From NCBI GenBank assembly GCA_902577285.1, contig CACGYL010000003.1, positions 7,979 through 71,978 of the forward strand: a stretch of 64,000 nucleotides of DNA. Reading direction: 5' to 3'. The translations under genes and the position numbers were made by a program. Numbering within the stretch: the stretch's first letter is position 1; every line of letters starts with the position of its first letter. This DNA is from an uncultured Pelagibacteraceae bacterium. GTDB lineage: Bacteria; Pseudomonadota; Alphaproteobacteria; Pelagibacterales; Pelagibacteraceae. Shown here in pieces: positions 11,292 to 22,053 of the stretch. A model generated the notes under the pieces. It worked only from the letters and a program-made list of their open reading frames with translations. It searched no databases and was not told the origin of the DNA.

Positions 11292-12664
11292 TGAATATTA
11301 TTATATGTGGAGCTGGAAGAGTAGGTTCAACTATTGCAAAAATGTTAATTGAGCAAAATCACTCAATAACAATGATTGATCAATCTAGTGATGATATTCA
11401 AAAAATAAATGAAACTTTAGATGTAAAAGCAATTGTTGGTAAGGCAACATCTCCAGCTATATTAGAAAAAGCAAATACAAAAGATGCTGATATGATTATA
11501 GCCGTAACTAGAAATGACGAAATAAATATGTTGATTTGTCAAATAGCCTTTTCTTTATATCAGGTTCCTAAAAAAATTGCACGAATAAGATCTCAAGAGT
11601 ATCTTGATCCTAAATATTCGGGTTTGTTTAATAGAGAAAATCTGCCAATTGATAATATTATATCTCCTGAAATTGAAATTGCAAAATCAATCCAGCGAAA
11701 ATTGGAGGCACCAGGAGCTCTAGATAATGTCCCATTCGCAGAAAATAAAATTAGATTGTTAGAAATCTTAATTGATGAAAAATGTTCAATACAAGGAATT
11801 AATCTAAATGAACTTACAAAAAAATTTCCAAAATTGAATGCATATATTCTAGGTGTTATTAGAGATGATAAATTTGTTGTAATGAAAAAAACAGATCAAC
11901 TTCAACTTAAGGATAAGGCTTATGTTGTTGTAAATAGTAGTCAAATGCAAGAGACCTTGACTGTATTTGGACACAACGAAAAAATTTCAAATAAAATTCT
12001 AATTATCGGCGGAGGAAATATTGGTTTTAATCTTGCTAAAAATATTGAACAGTCATTTGACTCAGCTAGAGTTAAGATTATAGAAAAAGATAAATCAAGA
12101 GCTGAAAATATTGCTAATGAACTTAATGATACTATAGTAATTAATGGTAATGGCCTGGATGAAGATGTTTTAAATGAAGCTAATATTGATGAAGTTGAAA
12201 CAGTTTTAGCTTTAACTAATGATGATGAAGATAACCTAATGGTTAGTGTAATAGTTGAAAAATTTTCTAAAGATAAAAGAACTATGGCATTAATAAATAA
12301 ACCTAATTACTCATTATTACAATCATCTTTAAAAATTGATGATTTAATTGATCCGAGAATGAACACGGTTTCTAGTATTTTAAAACATGTTCATAAAGGA
12401 ACTATAGAAAACGCCTATACTATTTTAAATGGTGAGTATGAGGTTATTGAAGCAGATATTATTGAAACGTCAGAACTAATAAACAAACAATTAAAAGATT
12501 CTAATTTACCCGAAGAAATCAGAATAGGTGCCATATTGAGAGATGGTGAAGTAATTATACCACGTTCAAGCTATGTGTTTCAAAAAGATGATACAGTTTT
12601 GCTTCTTTCTAAAAGAAATCAATTACCTACTGTAGAAAATATGTTTAGAATTAGTTCAATCTAA
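11291..12664 (+). CDS. trkA: Trk potassium uptake NAD-binding subunit
   Basis: Two RCK Rossmann motifs, GAGRVG and GGGNIG. Confidence 0.95.
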   Translation: MNIIICGAGRVGSTIAKMLIEQNHSITMIDQSSDDIQKINETLDVKAIVGKATSPAILEKANTKDADMIIAVTRNDEINMLICQIAFSLYQVPKKIARIRSQEYLDPKYSGLFNRENLPIDNIISPEIEIAKSIQRKLEAPGALDNVPFAENKIRLLEILIDEKCSIQGINLNELTKKFPKLNAYILGVIRDDKFVVMKKTDQLQLKDKAYVVVNSSQMQETLTVFGHNEKISNKILIIGGGNIGFNLAKNIEQSFDSARVKIIEKDKSRAENIANELNDTIVINGNGLDEDVLNEANIDEVETVLALTNDDEDNLMVSVIVEKFSKDKRTMALINKPNYSLLQSSLKIDDLIDPRMNTVSSILKHVHKGTIENAYTILNGEYEVIEADIIETSELINKQLKDSNLPEEIRIGAILRDGEVIIPRSSYVFQKDDTVLLLSKRNQLPTVENMFRISSI

Positions 12665-12671
12665 TTTTAAT

Positions 12672-14081
12672 ATGAACAAATTCAGCTCTATTTATATAAG
12701 TTCTTTTTTAATTTTAATAAGTATTTTTTCATTTTTTAATATTATTTATTCAAATTATTTTGGCATTTTTTTTAATATTGAAAACTACATTTATACTTTG
12801 TTTATAAGTATTATTATTGGAGGCGGATTATTATTTTTTAATCGAAAAAAAACTACAAAAATTACTATTTATGAAAAAATATTTACTGTTTTGATAGGAT
12901 ATTTTTTATTCCCACTAATAATATCACTTCCCTACTACTTTAGTATTCAAAATATATCGTTACTTAATTCTTATTTTGAAGCTATATCTGGTTTTACTTC
13001 AACTGGATTTACTATTTTTGATAATATTAAACAACTAGATGAAAGTTTAATTTTATGGAGGTCAACTTCCCAATGGATTGGAGGCATTTATTTTCTTTTT
13101 TCTATTTTATTGCTGATTGATATTTTTGATAAAAACTTAAAACAATCATTTACTGAATATTTATCTTTCAATTATAATGAAATTTTTAAGCAATCGTTTA
13201 AAATAATTATTATATATTGTTTTCTGACTCTTTTAATATTTATATTATTTAAAATTATAAATTTAAGAACTTTTGATGCTTTTAATTTATCATTGTCGAT
13301 AATTTCTTCTGGTGGTTTTTTACCTGTAAATAGTATTGACTATTTATTTGTTAGCGATTTAAGTAAAATAATTCTATCATTTACAATGATTTTATCATTC
13401 TTTAGTCTTTTTTTAACCTACAACCTTATTTTTTTTAATAAAAAAAAACTTAATTTTTTGAGCGAGGATTTTAATCTTTTAATTTATTTTTTAATTTTAA
13501 TTTCTTTTTCATTTGTTTTTTTGAATTCAAGTAATAGCTTTCCAACAATCCTAGTCGCTATATCAAGCAGCATATCAAATATAGGTGTTTCATTTTCAAA
13601 TACACCTAATAACCTAATATTTATATTTTTTATCATGGTTATAATAGGTGGCTCCTTTTTTTCGACAAGCTCAGGTATTAGGGTTATAAAAATTTTAAGT
13701 TTAATTAAATTTTCTTTAAACAACCTGCTTTCTCACACTAAGCCATATCAAATTTATTCTAATAAAGTGACTTTGATCAATGAAAATACTGATAAATCAG
13801 ATATTAATAAATATTTTTTCTCTATAGTTATTTTTATTATATCTTTAACTACACTTACATTACTTTTGACACTTTCTGATATTCAATTTGAAAATTCATT
13901 CAAACTTTCTATTCTGACAATAATGAATACTGTTAATTCAACTATGTTTCAGCTTTCAAATTTTGATTTTAACAGTCTTTCTTTTTTAACAAAGATTTAT
14001 TTAATAATTTTCATGATAATAGGAAGGGTAGAGTTATTAACTATATTAATATTATTTAAAAAATTTCTTTTCAAAAATTAA
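12672..14081 (+). CDS. trkH: Trk potassium uptake membrane protein (divergent)
   Basis: FEAISGFTSTGF, WRSTSQWIGG, MIIGRVE; follows trkA. Confidence 0.88.
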   Translation: MNKFSSIYISSFLILISIFSFFNIIYSNYFGIFFNIENYIYTLFISIIIGGGLLFFNRKKTTKITIYEKIFTVLIGYFLFPLIISLPYYFSIQNISLLNSYFEAISGFTSTGFTIFDNIKQLDESLILWRSTSQWIGGIYFLFSILLLIDIFDKNLKQSFTEYLSFNYNEIFKQSFKIIIIYCFLTLLIFILFKIINLRTFDAFNLSLSIISSGGFLPVNSIDYLFVSDLSKIILSFTMILSFFSLFLTYNLIFFNKKKLNFLSEDFNLLIYFLILISFSFVFLNSSNSFPTILVAISSSISNIGVSFSNTPNNLIFIFFIMVIIGGSFFSTSSGIRVIKILSLIKFSLNNLLSHTKPYQIYSNKVTLINENTDKSDINKYFFSIVIFIISLTTLTLLLTLSDIQFENSFKLSILTIMNTVNSTMFQLSNFDFNSLSFLTKIYLIIFMIIGRVELLTILILFKKFLFKN

Positions 14082-14106
14082 ATTAGTAATATAAAGTAAC
14101 TCTTTT

Positions 14107-14183
14107 GCGCCCTTAGCTCAGCTGGATAGAGCAACGGTTTTCTAAACCGTGGGTCGGAGGTTCGAATCCTTCAGGGCGCGCCA
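14107..14183 (+). tRNA. tRNA-Arg(TCT)
   Basis: Cloverleaf GCGCCCT...AGGGCGC-G-CCA; anticodon arm ACGGT-TT-TCT-AA-ACCGT; TTCGAAT T-loop. Confidence 0.96.
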
Positions 14184-14315
14184 TCACAAAATTATCAATA
14201 TTGATGAGGTATTTTTACAGTTGATGGTTGTATTAGTTTCTGCTTTACTCTGGCATTCAAAAATTACTTTTTGAATAATTTGTTAACAAATAAATAAATA
14301 AAAGAGGAAGAAATA

Positions 14316-15356
14316 ATGTTTAAATTAGTAAAACAATTGACTTCTATGATTGCTATGTTCGCTGTGCTTTTTGCATTTTCAACAGAAACAATGGCTGCTA
14401 AGAAATCAAAAACTCTTGAGAACACAAAAAAAAGAGGATTTGTAAGATGTGGTGTTTCTCAAGGTCTGCCAGGATTCTCAAACGCTGATGAGTCTGGAAA
14501 CTGGACAGGAATAGATGTAGACGTATGTAGAGCAGTTGCTGCTGCTACATTAGGAGATGCAACTAAAGTTAAATTCACTCCTTTGAGTGCAAAAGAAAGA
14601 TTTACTGCACTTACATCTGGTGAAATTGATATATTGTCAAGAAACACTACTTGGACTTTATCTAGAGATGCTGACATTGGTTTAACATTTGTTGGTGTAA
14701 ACTTCTATGATGGACAAGGCTTCATGGTAAGAAAAGGTTCAGGAATAAAATCCACAAGTGAGTTTAAAAACGGTACATCTGTTTGTACAAACTTAGGAAC
14801 AACAACTGAGCTAAATATGAGAGACTTTTTTGACTCAAGAGGAATATCTTATGAGCCAGTAGTTTTTGAGAAGGCTGACGAAGTCGTAGCTGCTTATGAT
14901 GCTGGTAGATGTGATACTTACACAACTGATAAATCAGGTCTTGCTGCACAAAGAACTAAATTATCAGCTCCAGATGATCACGTAGTGTTACCAGAGACTA
15001 TTTCAAAAGAACCACTGGGACCAGTTGTACGTCAAGGTGACTCTGTTTGGGAAGATATAGTTAGATGGTCACTAAATACTATGATCGAAGCAGAAGAGTA
15101 TGGTGTTAACTCATCAAATGCTGACATGATGAAAACTTCAAACAATCCAGCAATTAAAAGATTAGTTGGTGCTGAAGGTGAATTAGGTGCAGCTTTTGGT
15201 TTAGATAACGACTGGAACTTAAGAATTATCAAACAAGTTGGTAACTACGGTGAAAGCTACAAAAGAAACATAGCTGACACTGGAATTCTACCTGACAGAG
15301 GTCCAAACGAATTATGGACAAAAGGTGGAATTTTATACGTACCACCAGCAAGATAA
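14316..15356 (+). CDS. aapJ: General L-amino acid ABC transporter substrate-binding protein (AapJ/BztA/YhdW)
   Basis: Signal peptide, CGVSQGLPGFS, RNTTWTLSRD, ISKEPLGPVVRQGD. Confidence 0.94.
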   Translation: MFKLVKQLTSMIAMFAVLFAFSTETMAAKKSKTLENTKKRGFVRCGVSQGLPGFSNADESGNWTGIDVDVCRAVAAATLGDATKVKFTPLSAKERFTALTSGEIDILSRNTTWTLSRDADIGLTFVGVNFYDGQGFMVRKGSGIKSTSEFKNGTSVCTNLGTTTELNMRDFFDSRGISYEPVVFEKADEVVAAYDAGRCDTYTTDKSGLAAQRTKLSAPDDHVVLPETISKEPLGPVVRQGDSVWEDIVRWSLNTMIEAEEYGVNSSNADMMKTSNNPAIKRLVGAEGELGAAFGLDNDWNLRIIKQVGNYGESYKRNIADTGILPDRGPNELWTKGGILYVPPAR

Positions 15357-15374
15357 TTTTATTCTAAATTACTT

Positions 15375-15407
15375 AAAAAGGGCTAGATATTTCTAGCCCT
15401 TTTTTTT
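15375..15407 (+). terminator. Intrinsic terminator/mRNA-stabilising hairpin after aapJ
   Basis: AAAAAGGGCTAGA-tatt-TCTAGCCCTTTTTTTT. Confidence 0.85.
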
Positions 15408-15419
15408 ATATAGATTGTG

Positions 15420-16571
15420 ATGAACAACATTATAAAAAAATTTTTACCTCAGATTTTAGCTATACTTTTTGTTGTTCTTATATTTGGTTTTTTAACAATC
15501 AATGCCCAGACTAATATGGATAATAGGGGTATCGATTTTGGATTTGGATTTTTATCTCAAGAGTCATCTTTTGATGTTCAATTTTCTTTAATTGAATATA
15601 GTGGATCTGATTCATATGCTAGAGCTTTCTTAGTTGGACTTTTAAATACCTTATTAGTTTCTTTTATAAGTATAATTTTTTGCACAATTCTAGGTGTTAT
15701 AATTGGTGTAGCAAGATTATCATCAAATTATCTGATAAAAAACTCTGCAGCATGGTATGTAGAATTTTTTAGAAATATACCATTATTATTGCAAATTTTC
15801 TTTTGGTATTATGCTGCTTTGAGAGCATTACCTTTGCCAGAAAAAGCTAATGCATGGTTTGGTGTAACCTATATGACTGTAAAGGGTTATTACATACCTG
15901 CAATGGTATGGGAAAATTTGAATGTATTTTTATACTGTGGTCTAGCAGCAATAATTTCAATTATTGTATTAAAAAAATACGCAAATAATTTAAGGGATAC
16001 ACAAGGTAAACAAATTCCAGTACTTTTGTATTCAATAGCTTTATTAATAATTTTACCGCTTTTATCCTTTTTATTTGGTGGAGTAAGTTTAGAATTTGAA
16101 CTGCCTCAGCTTAAAAAACTGTCAAAAATCTCTTATATTTATGAAGGTGGGATTAGTTTACCTCCTGAATTAATAGCATTAGTTTTAGCACTATCTCTGT
16201 ATACATCCACGTTTGTAGCAGAGTGTGTAAGAGCTGGTATTGAAGGTGTGAGCAAAGGTCAGAAAGAGGCTGCAGCATCTGTTGGTTTGACACCTAATCA
16301 AGTTTTAAAACTAGTAATTATGCCACAAGCTTTAAGAATTATTATACCACCAACAACAAACCAATATTTAAATTTAACTAAGAATTCATCTTTAGCAGCA
16401 GCTATTGCATATCCTGATTTAGTTCTAGTATTTGCGGGCACAGCACTAATGCAAACAGGTAAAGCAATTGAAATTGTTTCGATAACAATGTTAACGTATT
16501 TGACAATTAGTCTAACCATTGCAGCAATAATGAATTGGTATAATAAAAAAATTGAAATTAAAGAAAAGTAA
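15420..16571 (+). CDS. aapQ: Amino acid ABC transporter permease
   Basis: FRNIPLLLQ, KGQKEAA loop, LTKNSSLA. Confidence 0.92.
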   Translation: MNNIIKKFLPQILAILFVVLIFGFLTINAQTNMDNRGIDFGFGFLSQESSFDVQFSLIEYSGSDSYARAFLVGLLNTLLVSFISIIFCTILGVIIGVARLSSNYLIKNSAAWYVEFFRNIPLLLQIFFWYYAALRALPLPEKANAWFGVTYMTVKGYYIPAMVWENLNVFLYCGLAAIISIIVLKKYANNLRDTQGKQIPVLLYSIALLIILPLLSFLFGGVSLEFELPQLKKLSKISYIYEGGISLPPELIALVLALSLYTSTFVAECVRAGIEGVSKGQKEAAASVGLTPNQVLKLVIMPQALRIIIPPTTNQYLNLTKNSSLAAAIAYPDLVLVFAGTALMQTGKAIEIVSITMLTYLTISLTIAAIMNWYNKKIEIKEK

Positions 16572-16574
16572 ACA

Positions 16575-17846
16575 ATGCAGGCAATAAATTTTTTAAAACC
16601 TAATAGAGATAATATTAAAAATTACTCTATTATTGGTTCTGTTTTAATTTTAATAAGTTTAATTGATGTTATATCAAATGCTTTTCTTAAAACAAACTTA
16701 ACATCTTTTTTACCTGGTTCTTTAACCACTTTATTTCCTTTAATCTTGGGTTTGATTGGATTAAATATGATGAGAATTGATTACTCTGGAAATAAAACAT
16801 TAGACATATTAAATAAAAATATAAATACTAATAATTTTAATGCTCTATTAACTTTATTAATACTTTTTTCAATCATTAAAGCTCTTCCTCCATCTTTAAG
16901 TTGGATGATTTTAGATGCTAATATTTCAGGTGACTCAAAAGATGCTTGTACTGGCACAGGAGCTTGTTGGACCTATATCAAAGTTTGGTTTAGAAGATTT
17001 ATGTATGGAATGTATCCAAATGAATTTCACTGGAGAATTAACACTGCATTCATTTTAGTTATAGCTCTAGGCTTCGTTGGATATTTTATGAAAGAAAATT
17101 TAAAAAAATATTTGGCATTATACTATGTAATAATTTATCCAATAATTGCATATCTAGTTATTTACTATTTAATTTCTGGTGGATCATTTGGTCTTCAATG
17201 GGTAGAAACAGGTGCTTGGGGTGGTTTATCACTTACTTTTATCGTTTCATTTTTCTGTTTAATTTTCTGTTTCCCTTTAGGAATGATATTTGCATTAGGA
17301 AGAAGATCTAATCTTCCAGTAATAAAATATATATCTATTTGTTACATTGAGTTTTGGAGAGGTGTTCCATTAATCACAGTTTTATTCATGTCTTCTGTAA
17401 TGTTTCCAATGTTCTTACCTGAAGATTTTTTTATGGATAAATTAGTAAGAGTAATTATTGCAATAACATTGTTTGAGGCTGCTTACTGCGCTGAGGTAAT
17501 TAGAGGAGGTTTGCAATCTTTACCTAGGGGTCAATATGATGCTGCAAAATCTTTAGGAATGGGTTATTGGAAAATGCATATTTTTGTAATCTTACCTCAA
17601 GCACTAAAATTAGTGATTCCTGGAATAGCGAATACATTTTTAGCATTAGTTAAAGATACACCTTTAATTTTTGTAGTTGGTTTAGCTGAATTAGCAGGAA
17701 TGCTTGCTTTAGCAAAAACAAATCCAAAATGGTTAGGTTTTGCAATGGAAGGATATATTTTTGCATCGATAATATTCTGGATTATATGCTATGCAATGAG
17801 TAAATATAGTTATAACTTAGAAGCTAAATATAAAACCGAGAGATAA
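16575..17846 (+). CDS. aapM: Amino acid ABC transporter permease
   Basis: CTGTGACW, WGGLSLT, RGVPLITVLF, RGQYDAA. Confidence 0.92.
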   Translation: MQAINFLKPNRDNIKNYSIIGSVLILISLIDVISNAFLKTNLTSFLPGSLTTLFPLILGLIGLNMMRIDYSGNKTLDILNKNINTNNFNALLTLLILFSIIKALPPSLSWMILDANISGDSKDACTGTGACWTYIKVWFRRFMYGMYPNEFHWRINTAFILVIALGFVGYFMKENLKKYLALYYVIIYPIIAYLVIYYLISGGSFGLQWVETGAWGGLSLTFIVSFFCLIFCFPLGMIFALGRRSNLPVIKYISICYIEFWRGVPLITVLFMSSVMFPMFLPEDFFMDKLVRVIIAITLFEAAYCAEVIRGGLQSLPRGQYDAAKSLGMGYWKMHIFVILPQALKLVIPGIANTFLALVKDTPLIFVVGLAELAGMLALAKTNPKWLGFAMEGYIFASIIFWIICYAMSKYSYNLEAKYKTER

Positions 17847-17849
17847 TAT

Positions 17850-18584
17850 ATGTCTGATCCAATTATAAAAATTCAAAATATGAATAAATGGTTTGGTGAT
17901 TTTCAGGTTTTAAAAAATATTAATTTAGAAGTTGAAGCAAATAAGAAAATTGTAGTATGTGGTCCGTCAGGTTCAGGTAAATCAACATTGATTAGATGTA
18001 TCAATAGATTAGAAGAGCACCAAGAGGGTGATATAATCGTTGATGGAAATGAACTGTCAGAAAAAACAAAAGATATTGAAAAAATTAGAGCTGAAGTTGG
18101 GATGGTTTTTCAACAATTTAATTTATTTCCACATCTATCAATATTAGATAATTGTACTCTTGCACCTATCTGGGTAAAAAAAATGCCAAAAAAAGAGGCT
18201 CAAGAACTAGCATTAGACCAACTAAAAAAAGTTCAAATAGATGATCAAGCCAATAAATTTCCTGGACAGCTTTCAGGTGGACAACAACAACGTTGTGCAA
18301 TCGCAAGAGCATTATGCATGCAGCCAAAAATTATGTTATTTGACGAACCTACATCTGCACTAGATCCAGAGATGATTAAGGAAGTGCTAGATGCAATGGT
18401 AAGTCTAGCAAAAGGTGGAATGACTATGATTGTAGTAACACATGAAATGGGATTTGCTAAAGAAGTTGCGGATGAGGTTATTTTTATGGACGAAGGTATG
18501 ATAATTGAGAAGGCGGAAACAAAAGAATTCTTTGCTAATCCAAAGAGTGATAGAACAAAGCTTTTTTTAAGCCAAATTCTTTAA
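17850..18584 (+). CDS. aapP: Amino acid ABC transporter ATP-binding protein
   Basis: [28 protein letters not shown]. Confidence 0.94.
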   Translation: MSDPIIKIQNMNKWFGDFQVLKNINLEVEANKKIVVCGPSGSGKSTLIRCINRLEEHQEGDIIVDGNELSEKTKDIEKIRAEVGMVFQQFNLFPHLSILDNCTLAPIWVKKMPKKEAQELALDQLKKVQIDDQANKFPGQLSGGQQQRCAIARALCMQPKIMLFDEPTSALDPEMIKEVLDAMVSLAKGGMTMIVVTHEMGFAKEVADEVIFMDEGMIIEKAETKEFFANPKSDRTKLFLSQIL

Positions 18585-18729
18585 AATAATTCTAAAGACT
18601 AGCAAAAAAGTTACTTGACAGGTTTAGAATTAATTAAAAAAACCAATTTTTTTAAAAATTTTTTTACTTGCATAAACATTTCTATTTAGATTAACTCCAA
18701 TATATATTTTATTTAAAGAGGGGTCTTAA

Positions 18730-19101
18730 ATGGAAGAGAATTTTAATAAACATCTTGGAAATAAACTAAAGTTAAGAAGATTAGCTTTAGGTTTAACCCA
18801 AACAAAAGTCGCTAAAGCAATAAACGTAACATTTCAACAAATACAAAAATATGAAAAAGGAACTAATGGTGTCAGTTCAATTAGATTATTGCAACTTTCT
18901 AATTATTTAAAAGTACCAATTAATTATTTCTTTGAGGATTTTTCTGAATATTTAGTAAATCTAGAAAAATCTAAAGAAGGACATATGAATATAAACTATA
19001 ACTTTTTAGTAAAAGTATATTCAGAGTTAACACAGGATCAAAAGAATAAATTTGGAAAGAACTTACAACTTTCACAAATAAATATAACTAAGGCTGTTTG
19101 A
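18730..19101 (+). CDS. XRE-family HTH transcriptional regulator
   Basis: VTFQQIQKYEKGTN, typical of the alphaproteobacterial XRE subfamily; GAGGG SD upstream. Confidence 0.88.
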   Translation: MEENFNKHLGNKLKLRRLALGLTQTKVAKAINVTFQQIQKYEKGTNGVSSIRLLQLSNYLKVPINYFFEDFSEYLVNLEKSKEGHMNINYNFLVKVYSELTQDQKNKFGKNLQLSQINITKAV

Positions 19102-19107
19102 TTAATT

Positions 19108-19183
19108 TGGCTCCTCGGGCAGGACTCGAACCTGCGACCAATTGATTAACAGTCAACTGCTCTACCAACTGAGCTACCGAGGA
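19108..19183 (-). tRNA. tRNA-Asn(GTT)
   Basis: Reverse complement TCCTCGG...GTTGA-CT-GTT-AA-TCAAT...CCGAGGA-G-CCA. Confidence 0.96.
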
Positions 19184-19232
19184 ATATTTTATCACAACTT
19201 ACTTTTTTTAAAATTTATCTCAATACTTATTT

Positions 19233-19306
19233 TGGAGGCAACGCCCGGAATCGAACCGGGATACAAGGATTTGCAATCCTCTGCGTAACCATTCCGCCAC
19301 GTTGCC
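19233..19306 (-). tRNA. tRNA-Cys(GCA)
   Basis: Reverse complement GGCAACG...AGGA-TT-GCA-AA-TCCT...CGTTGCC-T-CCA. Confidence 0.96.
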
Positions 19307-19425
19307 ATCAAATATAAAATATTTGGTAATCGACATTTGTATAATTCATTTTGATCATTAGTCTATAAATTTAGCAATGATTTTCATTATTGTTTATTAA
19401 TTTGATTAATTTATAAAACAAATCA

Positions 19426-22053
19426 ATGAGTTTTGATAAATATGAGCATAATAATGTTGAGAATAAAATCTATGATTATTGGGAAAAAAATGAATTATTT
19501 AAACCCAAAGAAAATTCAAAAAAATTCTCAATTGTAATTCCTCCACCAAATGTAACTGGAAGCCTTCATATGGGACATGCTTTGAATAACTCGATTCAAG
19601 ATGTTTTAACGAGATTTCATAGAATGAATAATTATGAAACTTTATGGCAGCCAGGTACAGATCATGCTGGTATTGCAACCCAAGCATTAGTAGAAAAAAA
19701 ACTTGCAAAAGATGGTGTTAAAAAAAATGATTTAGGCAGAGAAAAATTTATTGAAAAAGTATGGGAATGGAAAAATCAATATGGAGATATAATAATAAAC
19801 CAACTTAAAAAACTTGGATGTTCTTGTGATTGGTCCCGTAATGCTTTTACAATGGATGAAAATTTATCTAAGTCAGTAATAAAAGTATTTGTTGACCTAT
19901 ATAATAAGAAATTAATCTACAAAGCAAAAAAACTTATAAATTGGGATGTTGTTTTAAAAACAGCAATCTCAGATTTAGAGGTAGATCAACGAGAAGTTAA
20001 TTCTAAACTTTATTATATAAATTACCCTATAGATGGATCAGATAAATTTATAACAATTGCAACAACAAGACCTGAAACCATGTTGGGAGATACTGCAATA
20101 GCTGTAAATCCAAAAGATGATCGATTTAAAGATATTGTTGGAAAGTTAGTTACAATACCTTTAGCCAATAGAAAAATAAAAATAATTACAGATGACTATG
20201 CCGATCCTGAACAAGGAACTGGTGCAGTAAAAATTACTCCTGCACATGATTTTAATGATTATGATGTAGGTATTAGAAACAAGTTAGAGGTAATTAATAT
20301 ATTTACTCCTGATGGAAAAATAAATGACAATGCACCTGACCCATACAAAGGTTTAGATAGATTTGCTGCAAGAAAGTTAATCTTAGAACATCTTGAAGAA
20401 GGTAAATTTTTAGAAAAAATAGAAAAGTTAGTAAATAAAGTTCCTTATGGTGACAGATCTAATTCTATTATTGAACCTTATTTAACGGAACAATGGTTTG
20501 TTGATGCTAAAACTTTAGCCATTAAAGCAAAAGAAGTAGTAAATAATGGTAAAACTAAATTCTTTCCTGAGAACTGGTCAAAAACATATTTTCAATGGAT
20601 GAATAATATTGAGCCTTGGTGTATTTCACGTCAACTATGGTGGGGACATCAAATTCCAGCATGGTACGGACCTGATGGAAAAATATTTGTAGCAGAAAAT
20701 GAGGATGAGTGCAAAAAACAAGCAAAAGAATTCTACTCAAAAGAAGTGGAATTAAAAAGAGATGAAGATGTTCTAGACACTTGGTTTTCATCAGGTCTAT
20801 GGCCATTCGCTACTTTAGGTTGGCCAGAAAAAACTCCAGAAGTTGAAAAATTTTATCCAACAAGTGTTCTTGTTACTGGTTTTGATATCATATTTTTTTG
20901 GGTTGCTAGAATGATAATGATGGGAACTCAGTTTTTAGATAAGGAACCTTTTAAAAATATTTATGTTCATGCTTTAGTTAGAGATGAAAAGGGTCAAAAA
21001 ATGTCTAAATCAAAGGGCAATGTAATTGATCCTTTAGAATTAATTGAGAAATATAGTGCCGATGCTTTGAGATTTACTCTTTTATCAATGGCATCGCCAG
21101 GTCGAGATGTAAAATTATCTGAAGACAGGGTTAAAGGTTATAGAAATTTTTTAAATAAAATATGGAACGCTAACAATTTTTTATCACAAAATAAGTGTGA
21201 TTTCAGTGATGTAAAAAAACCTGAAAATATAAAATTAACAATTAATAAGTGGATACTATCTGAGCTTGTAAAAGTTAAAAACGACACGAAAAATAGTTTA
21301 AAAAACTATAGATTTGATGAAGCAGCTAAAATCATTTATCAATTTGTATGGCATTCATTTTGTGATTGGTATTTAGAGTTATCCAAAACCGTTTTAAACT
21401 CTGAAAATGAGGAAGATATTAAGGAGTTAAGACAAACATCAGCATATGTTTTTAAAGAAATTTTAATAATACTTCATCCATTTATTCCATTTGTCACTGA
21501 AGAGATATGGTTAAATAATAAGCTAGATAATGAGGGCAAAAATTACCTGATGCATGCTAATTGGCTAGAAGATGATTATCATGAAAAAAAATCGTATAAT
21601 GAGATAAATAATATCATCAATTTTATTACATCAATAAGATCATTTAAAAATGAATTAAATATAAGTCCTGGATCATTTATTGAAATTTCAACAGAAAATA
21701 CAAACAAAGAATATAAAAACTTTTTATCTACTAATGAAAATATAATGAAAAAAAATGGAAGAATTAAAAATTTTCATGAAAAAGATTTGGACAAACCTTC
21801 AGCAAGTATTGTCATAAGTGGTGAGTTATTTAAATTATATTTTGATGAAGATGTTGATTTAAATATGATCAAATCAACATTAGAAAAGAAAATTTCAAAA
21901 ATTAGTGAAGAGATGAAAAAAATTGATGTTAGATTATCAAATAAATCCTTTGTAGATCGTGCACCACAAAATATAGTAGAGCAGGAGAAAAGCAACTTTG
22001 CTAATCTTGAAAAAGATGTTAAAAAAATAGAATTAACTCTTAAAGGTTTATAA
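19426..22053 (+). CDS. valS: Valine--tRNA ligase
   Basis: [30 protein letters not shown]-terminal coiled coil. Confidence 0.98.
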   Translation: MSFDKYEHNNVENKIYDYWEKNELFKPKENSKKFSIVIPPPNVTGSLHMGHALNNSIQDVLTRFHRMNNYETLWQPGTDHAGIATQALVEKKLAKDGVKKNDLGREKFIEKVWEWKNQYGDIIINQLKKLGCSCDWSRNAFTMDENLSKSVIKVFVDLYNKKLIYKAKKLINWDVVLKTAISDLEVDQREVNSKLYYINYPIDGSDKFITIATTRPETMLGDTAIAVNPKDDRFKDIVGKLVTIPLANRKIKIITDDYADPEQGTGAVKITPAHDFNDYDVGIRNKLEVINIFTPDGKINDNAPDPYKGLDRFAARKLILEHLEEGKFLEKIEKLVNKVPYGDRSNSIIEPYLTEQWFVDAKTLAIKAKEVVNNGKTKFFPENWSKTYFQWMNNIEPWCISRQLWWGHQIPAWYGPDGKIFVAENEDECKKQAKEFYSKEVELKRDEDVLDTWFSSGLWPFATLGWPEKTPEVEKFYPTSVLVTGFDIIFFWVARMIMMGTQFLDKEPFKNIYVHALVRDEKGQKMSKSKGNVIDPLELIEKYSADALRFTLLSMASPGRDVKLSEDRVKGYRNFLNKIWNANNFLSQNKCDFSDVKKPENIKLTINKWILSELVKVKNDTKNSLKNYRFDEAAKIIYQFVWHSFCDWYLELSKTVLNSENEEDIKELRQTSAYVFKEILIILHPFIPFVTEEIWLNNKLDNEGKNYLMHANWLEDDYHEKKSYNEINNIINFITSIRSFKNELNISPGSFIEISTENTNKEYKNFLSTNENIMKKNGRIKNFHEKDLDKPSASIVISGELFKLYFDEDVDLNMIKSTLEKKISKISEEMKKIDVRLSNKSFVDRAPQNIVEQEKSNFANLEKDVKKIELTLKGL

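Noticed and set aside
14107-19306. tRNA genes as integration sites for the island or a prophage
   Set aside because: I found no duplicated tRNA 3' end, integrase or phage gene; neighbours are core genes and the P island starts more than 5 kb away.
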